Of a DNA stretch of 64,000 nucleotides, positions 1-12,644 are shown piece after piece. Source of the DNA: Tubiluchus corallicola (taxonomy: Eukaryota; Animalia; Priapulida); NCBI GenBank assembly GCA_030141605.1, contig JAQGDQ010000042.1, positions 876,651 to 940,650 of the forward strand, written 5' to 3'. The notes beneath the pieces are model-generated. The model made no database searches. It was given only the letters and a program-made list of their open reading frames with translations, and was not told where the DNA came from. Positions within the stretch are counted from its first letter, which is position 1. Every line of letters begins with the position of its first letter. The translations under genes were made by a program, and so were the position numbers.

Positions 1-2960
1 CCATTTGTTGAGACAACCACTACCGTTTATGGAGCAACTTGGCTAGAATACTCCCTACCGGTTCACAACCCACACGAGTTTGCACGTACACAGCATTGAT
101 GTCAACCTTTTCAAAGGACAACAACTATTCGTTTTTCAAGTTTAAAATAAACAAGAGACAACCTTAATTTTTCTTATCAGTCATGAGATTTCAACTATAA
201 AGTGGTAACGAAAACGCTGCCAATATTTTGTTTTTTTCTGAAATAAATAAATGATAGTTGATCTTTCCAAACTATAACGAAATCTTTATAAAAGAAACAT
301 TGACCATCATTCATGGTATAGACTTACATTAAGCAGATGAGAAATTCACTACGCCAAATATTCTGTCAAGTGTGCTGTAAAACGTTTTACTTCTGGAAGA
401 AAATGGTACTCACTTCACAATAATTTATAATTTAGTATTTTACACTTGATGCAAAATAATGATATCAGTCTGCAATTTTTTATAAGCGCGATTTCACATT
501 GCAGGCACCGTACAAGATGGAGAGTGAGTGAATGTGTGGCACAAGTGAACGCTTTGCTTCTAGGGATTTTCTGCGCTTTTGACCACTTTAATGAGGATCA
601 ATTTGGTGTTTCAGAAGTGAAATTACTTAAAAGGAAAAGAAGAATAGTCACCTTGTACAGACAGCATTCTGACATGCTATTATAGTAATAGTTACATATT
701 TTGTGGACTTGATGGACAGATGCTGTCTACTCATTAAACAAAATGGTAATATTTCGCTTAGTATGAATGCAATTACTACACGGACAAAAACATTCAAGTA
801 CATAGTTTTTTATCAAAAGTTCTTAGTTTTTAACGTCCATGAAATTTTACATTAGTTATGAACAGTAAACTGATAGCAACCTTCGTCATAATAAGTTAAT
901 GGCGTAAAAGTTTATCAAAGTAGAAGTTGCATTCATTAAATCATCTCAGCCTTGACAACGGTGGTCTGCCTGAATTTACTTACTTGAATCTAAGATGAAA
1001 TTTAGACGCATCTAATCGTTCACCGACACTTTTCACAGATTTTAATTTTTTATCGAAAATTATCGTTTGTTAAAACTTTTTTGGAAAATTTAAGCGTTTT
1101 GCAAACACATGAAAGAGCTAGCTTCTAGGAATCAACAGTTTGTTGAGTGTAGACGTTACGGTCAACAAACATGTTGATCTTTAAATCAATTTTTGTTCTA
1201 GAAATTCTACCTGGGAGTGCAGTCTTGTTTCCCTTCTATTTTAGTTTCTCAGTTTAGCAGCTGAATGATCATGTATTCACGTTTCAACCTTATATCCCAG
1301 CAGCACTGCAATTAGTTAGTAATTAAGCTGTTCTCGTTTACAACTAAGAGCTGGTTTAATATCCGCAGTATAAACCCCATCTTTAATACAACCTTCTCTT
1401 ATTTGAACCACAATAGCACAGTAACAACACCATTGTTTCAGGTCAAATACCGAAGCTCAGTTGTCCTAATCCTGTCTCCTAGTAGGAGTCAAAATCCTAA
1501 GCTACGATACTCAGTGTTTAAGAACAATTGAGTTTGGCCTAGTATCAATGAAGAATGGATAACAACGGATAGAACACCTTCAGTTCAGTGGATGAAATGT
1601 GACTGCTTATGTGTAGTTCATTGTTTCAATAAGTAAGTACTTAGGCACTCGTGGCAGACGTTGGTGCTTAAGTTCAACGACTGGATACCAATTATATCTA
1701 ATGGACTAATTGTTTTCTAAATGTAATTATAGCTCCAATTAATTTACTAAGTTTTAGTGATTGTCAAGAGCGCGTAAATGTAAACTGATCCATATTATTT
1801 TATACACTGTAATATGATTATTTTCGTTCCATCTTAAGATTATTTCGTAATTTAATCGGGCAGGTAAAAATAACATTGAAAAGTTTGGAATAGTATTTAT
1901 CCAGGTTGATCTTTTCAATCAATCTAAAGTCATACTGAAATTTAGCAAAGTATTCTCTGTCGTATTTTCCTGATTTCTTTAGTGAATAAAGGCTAATTTA
2001 TTTACAATATTTCTTATTCACACGAACTATAAACTGCCATGACTTTAGTGAACGCTGGCAGATTGAACCCGCCCTTCAAGACGCCTTCTGTATTGTGATA
2101 ATACCAGAGTGAAAATTAACCTTCACAAACGCAACAGTGTAGGATTTTAAAGTAATGAAAGTAGAATCTGCATAGCAATAACTTTGCGACAGAGGATTTA
2201 CAAAGCTTGGGGCGGGCAGCGTGGGCCAAAGTGGAGACTTAAGACCAAGCTTTTGTTAATTGAGAGGATTAAGCAAGTTTCCTACAAAAGACGTTTCCAG
2301 ACTGGGCGACAGTTCCGCACAATACCTGTGCCCATTTTAATTTCTGACATCCTGTAAATGCTGCTTTGAACTATTTAGCCCTGGGCCTCGTGAGTTTAAT
2401 TGAAATCTTAAATACTAATACAAAAGCAAAGAAAAATAAGGCAAAACATATCTGCATGACGTTTTCGAAATGTTTAAAGTAAGGTAACTATGCACATATC
2501 AAGAAAATATTGAATTCTTTGATATACTGTTAGTACAGCAATTGACAAAGATAGGTACGTGTACTAGAGAAAAATATGGTTGTTATATTTTTTTGCAAAA
2601 ACCATACTTTTATTAAATTTTGAGGAATATTTGAAAAGTTTTGGCTTCGCTGTTATAGTTTAATGAGGATTCATTTAGAGCAAGTAGATAACGTTTTTTT
2701 TAAATCGAAATAAACAATTGCTGTACTACTTACTACTATTCTATGTTTTAACAAGCACATACTTGTAATAAATTATCAGGTTATTGATGTCTAGTCAAAG
2801 AAAGGTTCTGTTTCGAAGCAAGCAACCAGAAATGGTGCATGAAAAAGTTGGTTTCATCAATTTACAGATAACTGTAGGGTATGGTCGGAACTTTTTAATT
2901 TGTTTTTCAGAAAAAAACATTTATTTGTTTAGCCAATGACTTTAAATGGTACATATTTTG

Positions 2961-3537
2961 GGCGATACGATAACGATACTTTTTTCCAATGATACGATAA
3001 ATTATTTAGAACGATAAGACCGATACTGAACGTGTGGTGAATTATACGGCAAGGAGTCTTGGCGTGTTTCAACACCTTATTTTTTGCAGATTGTTTCCCC
3101 GTTAATGACACATGTAATTTATGGGAAAATTCTCTTCTTTGTTTAGTCATAATGTAATATAAAATATGTGAGCTGTAACAGACAAATATATTACGTGTAG
3201 ATATATTACTATGCAACATATTAAGTTGCACTGCCTGCTACTGGAAAAATGCCTCTAAAAATACCACACTTGGCATACCGATTGAAGATTGCCGTTATTG
3301 CAGGAAGAAAGAACAAGAAGATTAGTTAAACACCTGATAAAATTTTAACAACTCGTTTTTCATTTTTTGCGTAATTCTAGTACATAAATGAAAAAGCAAA
3401 GTGAAATGATTTTATGAAGGTAAACGATAAGCAGCGATACGCACTATATTCGATACGATAACGATAAAAAGTAATTTTTCGTATCGATACAATAATCGAT
3501 AATTACCGATACGTATCGTATACGTCAACATTCCTAT
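2961..3537. mobile_element. Remnant of a hAT-like MITE with CGATA(C) subterminal motif clusters
   Basis: Dense CGATAC/CGATAA motifs at about 2961-3028 and 3424-3520, ending in caacattccta (TAGG.ATG-type terminus on the reverse strand). A related remnant lies at about 21834-21894. Confidence 0.4.
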
Positions 3538-5080
3538 GTTTAACGTATAACAGATGGTGCAGCCTCTATATGTTAAAAAAACAGCTTTTTGTTTCAATTC
3601 CGCATACCTACTGAAGACATAAACACAAAGTGTAGTAAAGATGCTTATAAAGAAACGTCCAACCGTGATAACAACTGAAGCAGAATGCCATCACAGATGA
3701 AAAGCTTGAAATACGCCCACAGGGAACACCTTTCAACTAACCGAGTAGTTTTTTAACTCCAAAAACAGAGAAGCAAATAACGGCTCCCGATAGAACGTTA
3801 CAGGTTATAATCCGTGACTTTTATTACTTTTCTTTTGAATGGCTAGTTGTTTAAGTCAGCAATAGCAAGCACATCAACTTAAGAGAGTTGCTTTCTTTTT
3901 TAACGCTACAAATATTCTCGCTGCAGTGGATATGTTTGCCAACATTAACAGCTTATAAAAGACTAATAGTTTTGTTAAACAGAAGGTATTGTAAGCAAAA
4001 CAAAACTGTGCGTGTTGAAAAGGCGAACACGTGTCTACGTACGCACCTGGCTTAGAGTAACCGACGTTCAGCAAGTGAGAGATTATTTCCTAAGAGACTG
4101 CTGGCATTCTTTTGCCCATAAACACATGGTTATGTGAGCAGGAACTGAGGCAGAAGTCTCAGATACCGAAGTATGCCACCATATCACTGTGCATGCAGCA
4201 TTAGGCAATTTTACGGCAAGTATCACAATCATAGTGAGACTTGTTCTAGTACTGTTTGTCGGTCTCAAATCACAGGTGTATTGGAATCGTAGAGGATTAA
4301 GCAATGTGAACTGATATTCTTTTGCGGCACTCATCAAGGATCTGGCACGTGAATAGAAAAAGCCAGATTTCCCTGTGAGAGTTTGGACATCTCAAAGAGT
4401 GTTTTGCAGCCTAAGTGCTTCATTTTCGCAATCATATCTTCTTTTCAAACCTTTTTGTGTTCTTTGTGTACCCGTTTCAATGGCTTAACAAACCCGCGTA
4501 TGTCACTCTTTCACACGGCATGCCTTAAGTATAAACAACACCAATAGAACTTATTATTTAAGATAGCTCTAAATGCCGAGTACGTTATTAGATGGCTTCT
4601 TTGTTGCTGTTTATACGAGCGGGACTATAATAATCATCAACTTTAAAGTGAGATTGCAATAAAATAATGATTCCCCAAGATGTCCATGTGAAGCTAATGC
4701 CCCTTTTCAATAAGAAAATGACTGGCAAATGTGTAAACGAGCTACAATGAATTTAATCCAATACGGCATTTTTTAAATTTTTGTTATATGTATGATATCT
4801 ATGATTACTTTAGCAGTAACTTAGTAACTTTTAACTTCTTTAGCCACCTCCAGCGTTATATTTTGCATCGAAAACCAGTTATTTGGAAAGGTACTCTTGC
4901 TGCAGCAAAGAAATTCGTTACCTGACACAAAACTAAACTTCCGTTTCTTGTACTAAACAAAGGTCCAAATAGTGGTATATTTGGAAAACAGGTAACAGGA
5001 AAAAGTCATAGCAAGCCTATGTAGTACGCAAGAGTTATAAAATTCGAATTTCAGATGTTAAAAAGGCTCATTTTTAGCAC

Positions 5081-5279
5081 GATTGGATTGAAGAAAATGT
5101 GTTCTCTTCTCCCTGATGCTTTTTTCAACAACAATTACTGTATTTATTTGTTTTAAATCTCAGCCGTATCGGTCAAAGTAACAGGTCAACGAATGGATTG
5201 TGGATTGCCACAAGGCAATCGCCTTGGGTCTTATTTTCGCACGTTATACCTATCTGCTGATGACCACAAACAATACAAT
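5081..5279 (+). mobile_element. Decayed non-LTR (CR1/L2-like) reverse transcriptase fragment, copy A
   Basis: Plus-strand translation DCGLPQGNRLGSYFRTLYLSADDHKQY resembles the RT motifs GxPQGSxLGP and YADDxQLY. A diverged second copy is at 6062-6260. Confidence 0.65.
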
Positions 5280-5362
5280 TTTAGAGTGTAGTGTCTAAAA
5301 AACACATAAACACCTGATAGAATGATATCCTTCGTTTAGTCTGATTGTCTTACAATACTCAC

Positions 5363-5570
5363 CTTTTTTCATCTCCCCAGCCTCCACACTGCTGGCTGAA
5401 CCTGTGCTGCTAGGTGGAGCAAGAACGCTGGACGCGGGAGATGGATACCATGGATTTCCTGGCCACGCCTGCCCGTTCAACATCCGTAGCTTATCAAAAA
5501 CTCCATTCTGTCCGATCGATTCTGCACTTTTGTTAGCCAGATTACGCAGAACTCTGTTGATTGAAGAAAC
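5363..5570 (-). CDS. Pax6: Pax6 coding exon: end of paired domain plus linker (VSSINRVLRNLANKSAESIGQNGVFDKLRMLNGQAWPGNPWYPSPASSVLAPPSSTGSASSVEAGEMKK/G)
   Basis: Minus-strand translation gives VSSINRVLRNLA and the Pax6 linker motif DKLRMLNGQ. Bounded by tttttccAG acceptor (5571-5572) and GTgagt donor (5361-5362). 208 nt, phase 0 in, phase 1 out. Confidence 0.96.
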
Positions 5571-5751
5571 CTGGAAAAAGTAATTTACGTGTGAGAATTC
5601 TCAGGTATCATTTTAATATTGTTGGATAAATAGTAGACTGCAGGAATTAAAGATTATTTGATAAACATGCACATTAGAAAATTAAATGTCAAGTTATTGA
5701 GCTCGTGAGGTTTGTCGTTTTCAACGGCGTGAATCTGCTGACGTGGTACGA

Positions 5752-5856
5752 AGTGGTGTGATGTGATGTAGTGTGATGTGATATAGCGTGACACGATATG
5801 ACATGACCTGACATGGAATAACATTGCATGACGCACGTGACACAATATGACATGAA
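5752..5856. repeat. Degenerate pentamer microsatellite (GTGAT / GACAT)
   Basis: Visible 5-bp periodicity gtgatgtgat... changing to tgacatgac... Confidence 0.75.
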
Positions 5857-6061
5857 ATGCTACATTTTTGCAGATTTTGTTTCCGTTTAAGTGTCCAGTT
5901 TTCTTTTTAAATAAGTTATTGACAAATATTTTTGATATTTTAGTGTGTAGGAACTACAGTTTTAACAAATAATAATAAAAATTAGAAAAATGCAATTATT
6001 TTTATTACCTAATTCTTTTACAATGTTTATACTGTTTTTTTGCTTATTTTAAGTATGACTA

Positions 6062-6260
6062 GATTGAAGTCTGAAGAGAAGGTGGTGCTCTAGATGTTTC
6101 TTTTTTCAAGAACAATTACTGTATTCATTTGTCTTAAGTCTCAGCTATATCAGTTGAAGTAACAGGTCAACGAATGGATTGTGAATTCCCAAACAAGGCA
6201 GCCGTCTTTGCCCTCTTGTTTTGCACATAATACCTATTTGATGATGACCACAAACTATAA
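6062..6260 (+). mobile_element. Decayed non-LTR RT fragment, copy B
   Basis: Aligns by eye with 5081-5279 (shared aacaattactgtatt, aagtaacaggtcaacgaatggattgtg, tgatgaccacaaac). Confidence 0.65.
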
Positions 6261-6801
6261 TGGTTGTATATAGTTCTCAAACTCAAACTGAATAATGAGA
6301 TAACTTCATTGCATAATTACTAGGTTGATATTCAAGCCTAAGTGATGTTTAAAAACCAACGTAAAACTGAATTGTTATCAATTTAGTTATTAAAGAATCC
6401 TGAGTTTAATTCTGTTAGCAGATGCAAAGCATCTGCGGTTTCCTAAAGATCTGACCATATGGCTTAACAAAAGTAAATGCAACTAGTAGATGAGATAATT
6501 GCTCGTTATATAATTTAGGAAAATAGAAAATACTTTAAGAGCAAAATGTTCGCACAGCTAACACAGTTTTAACACAGCAATACATAAATGCATACACAGT
6601 TCCTCTCCAAATTGCCCCTAACGAGACCAGTGGCTACTCTGGAGGGATAAAAGTCTGCATTATAAAAGTAAAGATATGAATGCAGGTACAGAAAAACTGA
6701 TTTCTTTTAATTAATTGTCTAGTAACACAGATTAATTCTTAATGATAAGAATAGAATTTTAAACGAGCGCTGTGCCCAATTAGATTAAAACAAGGAAAAA
6801 A

Positions 6802-7016
6802 GGCACAGCATTTCAAACTATCACTGTAGTTCTTTTTCTGGGTGGACAAAAAAGACAAAAAGAACAAAAAAATCACAAGGAATTACTATAGAATTATTGA
6901 ATCAATTACTGAATTTTAGGACAGCACTTCTTGTAATTCTTTTTGTTTTTCTCTTTTTTGTCCCTTTTTTGTTCACTTGAAAAAGAAATGCAGTTATAGT
7001 TTGAAACGTTGTGCCC
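6802..7016. mobile_element. Palindromic MITE / foldback element (~215 bp)
   Basis: ggcacagcatttcaaactatcactg... is the imperfect reverse complement of ...cagttatagtttgaaacgttgtgcc. The A-rich left arm mirrors the T-rich right arm. Confidence 0.7.
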
Positions 7017-8697
7017 ATTGGAAACACCATGATGCACTTATGTTTGTAGTCCCGGGTCCATATTACCGGAACTCGCTGTCATATAAATTGAGGTCTTGTA
7101 ATACTGTAGATACTATGAGTCCCATTCGAAAACTTGCTTAATTTTACAAGCCTTTGTTTAACACTTTTAAGCTTTTTATAGTGGAATTTTATTTCATACA
7201 TAACATTGATAATCATTTTAATACTCGTAAAGCATGCACAAACTTAGTTATACTGCAAGAAATACTGTTAGTTTTAGGAAACGGCGACAAGAATAAATTT
7301 TAGCTCCACTGTTCTAACAGCAGTTAACCAGGATGATTAGTTAATTTTTTCATGTAATACTGGAATAACTTACTAAGCTGCGTGTGTAGTGAATGTTATA
7401 CAGACGCACTAGCACTATGCCGCTTTATGTGAATAAACATTGTGATGAAAAGTTTTCCTCTTTGGATTAAAAATATACAAGAGAGCGCATTATTTGGCCC
7501 TCCGCAACACGCGTGAATACATGGATGGAACAATGAGACCACCGCTTGTAGTGAAGCTTTGCAAGTCAACAAGCGTCATTATATTTTAGTATTTGAAACC
7601 ATCTAGTTACAGAGATTACTTTACGTGTTTTATTTTGAAATTTCATATCATTCTGTCAAGAAAGCTAATTACCGTAGACTTATCTATGACCTAAATTCCA
7701 CTTAAAATCCGCTTGAAAACCATTAAAAAATTAATGTAAAAATCCTGTTTTACGAATTGTTGAATGACCCTTTATCACATAGACATACAAAAATCACTTG
7801 CTATGCAATGAACCTGCTTTGCTTAGTAGTTAGTAATATCAGCAACAGCATAAGATATGGGTAAACAAACGAAAAATTTTACAAAGCCACACTTTATTAA
7901 AATAGGATTAAAATTTTTGGCACTGTTTGGTTTCAATTGCAATTTATTGTTATATCGTATTTGCCATACGCTTATCCAAAATCAAATTACAATCATCGCT
8001 AAAAGCCATCTGATATATTTTCATTCTTTTCCCAGCGTTTGCCAAATCTTTGTTATGCGCTGATACAACACTTTAAGTAATTAACTATTGCGAAAATATT
8101 CTCCTATTATTTAAAGTATTGCTTCATGATTTTGTAATGCAAATGTGTGTAAATTTCTTTTGTAAATAAGAAATGGATAGCGGATTTGATCATGCTCGAG
8201 GTGTATCTATATCGCATTTGCGTTTTCGAATAGTTTTTCTTGGAAATGAAAATTTGAAAAAAAATGTTAGTTATCCGTGGCGGGTACCGGCCGTACATAA
8301 ACAGCGTGAAGATTTAAGATAAGAAAAATAATGTCATTTTAAAATATTGTTTTTGTAATTTTCATAATTAAAAGTTTCATAAGTGTGCAGATAAAACAGA
8401 CAAAATGATTTTTTTGTTGATTATAAAAGAGAGGAGTTAAAATAATGTAAAAAAGGCGTATTGGGCAACGTGTCCATAAAAATTGCTGCAATACATCCAT
8501 CGACAGATGCATGTTCTAAGTTTGTCATACTTTCTATGTTGAATTTGGTTTTAAATTTGGCCTCTGCCAGCCATATAAAAATAAAATAAAATATATGTAA
8601 ATAAAAAACTAAAATAAAAACAGTAAACGAAAGAAAACAAAAAGTTGCGAATTATGCATTAAGTTTTTAAATTAATAACGTATAATTTTACACTTAC

Positions 8698-8913
8698 ACT
8701 AGGTATATTGTCATTGGTACAGACTCCCTCTGATAATAACCGATCACGTATTTCCCAAGCAAAGATCGATGGACACTCTCTCTTGTAATCAGCTATTTTG
8801 TCCACGACCTTGTTAGTGGCCACCCTGGGTTTGCTACCCCCAATAGCCCTGGGCCGGATAGACCCAGTCTCATAATACCTGCCCAAAATTTTGCTGACGC
8901 AACCGTTAGAAAC
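8698..8913 (-). CDS. Pax6: Pax6 paired-box exon ([72 protein letters not shown])
   Basis: Within ORF 8659-8940, near-identical to the Pax6 paired domain. tttgcAG acceptor at 8914-8915, GTaagt donor at 8696-8697. 216 nt, phase 0/0. Confidence 0.98.
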
Positions 8914-9442
8914 CTGCAAAGATGATTGCATATCAATCAAATAACATCAAAATGCTAGTGATTATTTAATTCACTGTTCATGCGTTACAGTGCACATCAT
9001 TGTAAACATTAGTCTAGCGTTGTTTGCTTAAAAGTCACACGAGCAAATCACACGTTTTGATGTTGCTTCTACGTCGCAGTGGTCAAGTACGTTGGCTAGA
9101 TTGGTAAATGTAGCGTAATTCTGCATTTTAACTTGCTTCAAAAAATGGCTTCGTAAACCAGCTTGGGTCAACGGGATAAAGAGTTTGCTATTAGAAAAGC
9201 CGCAAGCATGCAAAAACTCGAAGCTTTTGATATAATATACCATGAAAAAGTCTATGCTTTACAGACTTTTCTCCCTATCGTGGAGGTTCTAGAAATTAGT
9301 AATTAAATACCCGTTAAAACTTAGGTAAAATTTATAAGCACGTCGAGACTCCATTTAAGAAGCGAATTGCAATTTTTCCGTCAAATTATTAAAAGAAATT
9401 TATTACTTTAACTTAACTGTGTTTATTAATTCTTCTAATTAC

Positions 9443-9573
9443 CTGTAGAATTCTTGATATGTCACACGGTCGCGCACCACTGTGTGCTAACTCAACAATT
9501 TTTTGCCTGGTTGTGTCTGGTAATGGTCTGCCGTTAACGAACACGCCTCCTAGTTGATTGACTCCACTGTGTC
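9443..9573 (-). CDS. Pax6: Pax6 paired-box exon ((G)[43 protein letters not shown])
   Basis: Manual reverse-complement translation (absent from the ORF track). tttacAG acceptor at 9574-9575, GTaatt donor at 9441-9442. 131 nt. Splicing to the next exon gives the Pax6-diagnostic I-L-Q-V-S-N recognition helix. Confidence 0.98.
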
Positions 9574-10424
9574 CTGTAAACAGTAAAAAAATGATAAATT
9601 TTACAAATTTCTTTGAAAATTTAACTTCTTGCAGTATATTTTAAAATACCAGCGAATAACAATAAATTATTACAAATTAAGAACATTGCTGGTAGTCGAG
9701 ATCAATTGAAATACCTGCCAAAATTATTCTAATTCCGTTATCAGTTTTTTCGGCCCAGTACATTTTAACTGTGATTTATAGTAATTAGTTGACAGCGCGC
9801 AGTTTTGCTTGATAGTTTCATTGCAAGATTAGATTGTTTTACACAAGTGAAAATCACTTCTCTAAACAGTTTCCGCCTTCCGATTTCTTAAATCTTGTCA
9901 CACAAGTTGACATTACAAGAATCACACGCTAACGAAAAACTTTAAACATTATCAAGAGCCCCTTTGGGAATTTTGGCTTCTCGTGAGGAAGTACTGCCTT
10001 TTATAGACGTAGTCACGTGCAATCCAAGCTCGTCATCAAATAGAGTACTCATCTCCTTACCTGATGGACTTAATAATTACAGCAAACAAATAGAAAGGAA
10101 AGATTAGATAACTTCCTCACAAACTCAGTAGGGAAGAATCCGCATCATCAAGAAATTAATCAGAATTTAGTGCCTGGAGTTTCAGCTTACAACTTGAATC
10201 ATATTACATTTAAGGTAATGGCGAAGGTGGATCTTCTATGTGGAGTATAAGACGTTCAAAAAGCGTATTACTGCCACTAAAAGGTTGTGAAATATTTTAT
10301 GCGCCAGAGTTTCGACAAATGCCTTTGAAAAATGTAGCTTTCTGGGGCTGTATGTTTGGATTATATGCAGTTTAACTGTGAAAATCCAAGTTATTAAAGG
10401 GACGTCATTTTGGAGGAGGCATAC

Positions 10425-10455
10425 CTGCGTGTGTTGAAATTTGAGAATGGCTCAT
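10425..10455 (-). CDS. Pax6: Probable first coding exon of Pax6 (MSHSQISTHA/G)
   Basis: ataATG at 10455 followed by 31 nt ending CAG|GTatgc. The phase-1 donor completes a Gly codon with the GA that starts the 131-nt exon, giving MSHSQISTHAGHSGVNQ. Reading through the donor hits a stop within 6 codons. Inferred, no transcript support. Confidence 0.6.
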
Positions 10456-11935
10456 TATGAAGATGTAGAGGATAAATCAAATTAATAGTCAGCAGACGAA
10501 AAAATGTTTGCCTGCTGAGTTAATCTAATTGAACTACATACATGGAGAGTTCAAAACACGCCATTGTTCTCTTTATTCGCGTGAAGAATCAATGTCCAAA
10601 GCACTGTAATGTAGAACCTTACTAGTGTGCAGTAATCAGTCAAAAACTTACTAAAGCATTTTTTTGTCATTACTAGATTTCTTTTTCTAAATTTATAACT
10701 ACTTAAAAGCACATTTATGTTCGTCTTATTATTTCTTATTATTGCTACACGTAAACTCGCTACACATAAACTCCACAGATTTTTTACATTCCTCCACATC
10801 CCTGGTTGTGCACCTTCTAATGATCCTAGCAATGAGCATGTAATTTAGTTTTTTTTATATTTTTGTTTGGTTGAAAATTCTAGTTGCCACATAACAACTT
10901 AACGAATAACATATAAAAAGCTGTTTTAAGTAGAGCCATCTAATTATATCGGAGTGGAAAAACAAACCCAAATTCCAAATCATATGAGATGGAAGATAGA
11001 GGAAATTGCAAGTTACAAGGTAATTTTGTAAATGTCATGTTAAGTGTCATAGACATAGTGCACAAAAATGAATGTTATATATTTATAAAAACGAATATAT
11101 GTTAGTTATGCATGATTATTTAAACAGCTGATGCTGAACTGAGTTCAATTGCGCACTAAGTTCAATTGGTGCAAAAGGGATGTTTTCATATATATATATT
11201 TGGTTATCAGAACTAGAAAAACCAATAAAAACTCTGCTAACACGATCACATTCAACGTTCTAAAAACATTTATTTATAAAAAGCACATTTTGTAAGGATA
11301 TCATGAGATATATTTGCCTGAAGACAACCTATATATGAACCTATTTTATATGCTTTATAAACGTGAAAATAATATACGTTATTAATCAAAGTCAAAAGCG
11401 GTGCTTGATGGTACAGTTTCGGAAATAATCACGTTGCCTTTCTTGAAAAAACAAAAGGAAAAAAGGCGCAATCATGTTACGATTATCTAGGATTATGCGG
11501 GTGTGTGAACATTGCTTCACTTTGCAGAAAGACATAACCTTTCCTAAAGTAACGCAGCATGCGTGCAATTTTACTGGCTATTTACTACACGATTGTTTAA
11601 AGACGATGGTGCACTTCATTAGCCGAATCATCCGTTTCAAACTGAGTATATCCATTAAGTACTCACAGGGAAGGACGACTGCATGGGCTGCAGGATGCTT
11701 AATATCGTTAAAACACAGCCTCGTCATGTTTATGTGGTTTTCGCCGAACTTATGAGACATTTGTTTCACAATGGGCACGAGTTTTCACGGGGAACAAAGC
11801 CGAAAATTTATTTTTTGTTTTGGATTAGAATTCTGTGAGCAGTAAAATTTCTTGAGGTTGAAAATTGAAGACATTAAACATTTAGGCTGTTGAGATACTC
11901 CAGATATAGTCTTGTTTATTTTCCAACATCAACTA

Positions 11936-12112
11936 TATTGTTGTTGTTGTTGCTGTTATTGTTGTTGTTGTTGCTGTTGCTGCAACCATTGCTGTTGTCA
12001 CTGCCGATGCCGCAGTTGTTGTTGTTGTGGCTGTTGCTGTCGCTGCTGCTGCTGTTTTTGTTGCTGTTGTTTTTGTTGTTGTTGTTGTTGTCGGTTGTCG
12101 GTTGTTGTTGTT
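11936..12112. repeat. (TTG/CTG)n compound microsatellite
   Basis: Direct inspection. It produces the spurious poly-L and poly-C ORFs. Confidence 0.97.
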
Positions 12113-12644
12113 AATATAGCAACAAATTTGCCTGTATACGTTTTTACTTAATTAAAACGTCCATTTATTTAAATACAACATTACTATGTTACTACAACAG
12201 TACTTTATTACTACAACAGTACGCAAGCATGAAAATAAAGTGAACATAGATTGCGACTGTTAAACTGAGTGACTGCATATTTTTATTACAATATTGCAAA
12301 AGCTACAAGTTGTTTATAAAACTCAACATGGTACAATTTTTGTAGAAAATTCGAGTACAAAGTCTATGAATCTATCGCTAGTGAAATTGTATTAACTGTG
12401 CTCAAGCTTACTTTCAAAAACGCTAAAATGTGCGCCAAAACTTCGTAATTCGCATGAAAAACGAGAAAAATATTTGCACGGCTGCGCACTTTACTCTCTT
12501 GATGTAAATACGAATTGTGTACGAGAATTAATACGTATTTATACTAAATAAATTTCACATACGCCCATAATAATTACACGGTATGCCTTATAAATCCATA
12601 ATGATGACGATAGATAAGCATTTTTAAACAAAATCTGCATTTTG

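Noticed and set aside
446-685. Plus-strand ORF containing LLKRKRR, reminiscent of the Pax6 pre-homeodomain LKRK motif
   Set aside because: Wrong strand relative to Pax6 and no homeodomain follows.
1639-1673. Short hairpin acttaggcac...gtgcttaagt
   Set aside because: Only about 10 bp of stem. Too short for a pre-miRNA and plausible by chance.
2793-2830. Minus-strand LRNRTF resembling the homeodomain start LQRNRTSF
   Set aside because: A stop codon follows after one more residue and no helix motifs are present. No homeobox was found in 1-5360.
9091-9120. Possible 30-nt in-frame cassette (exon-5a-like) in the paired-box intron
   Set aside because: Weak donor (GTACTT), poor polypyrimidine tract and no similarity to vertebrate exon 5a.
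11890-12151. Poly-Leu and poly-Cys (metallothionein- or keratin-associated-like) ORFs
   Set aside because: Translations of a (TTG/CTG)n microsatellite.
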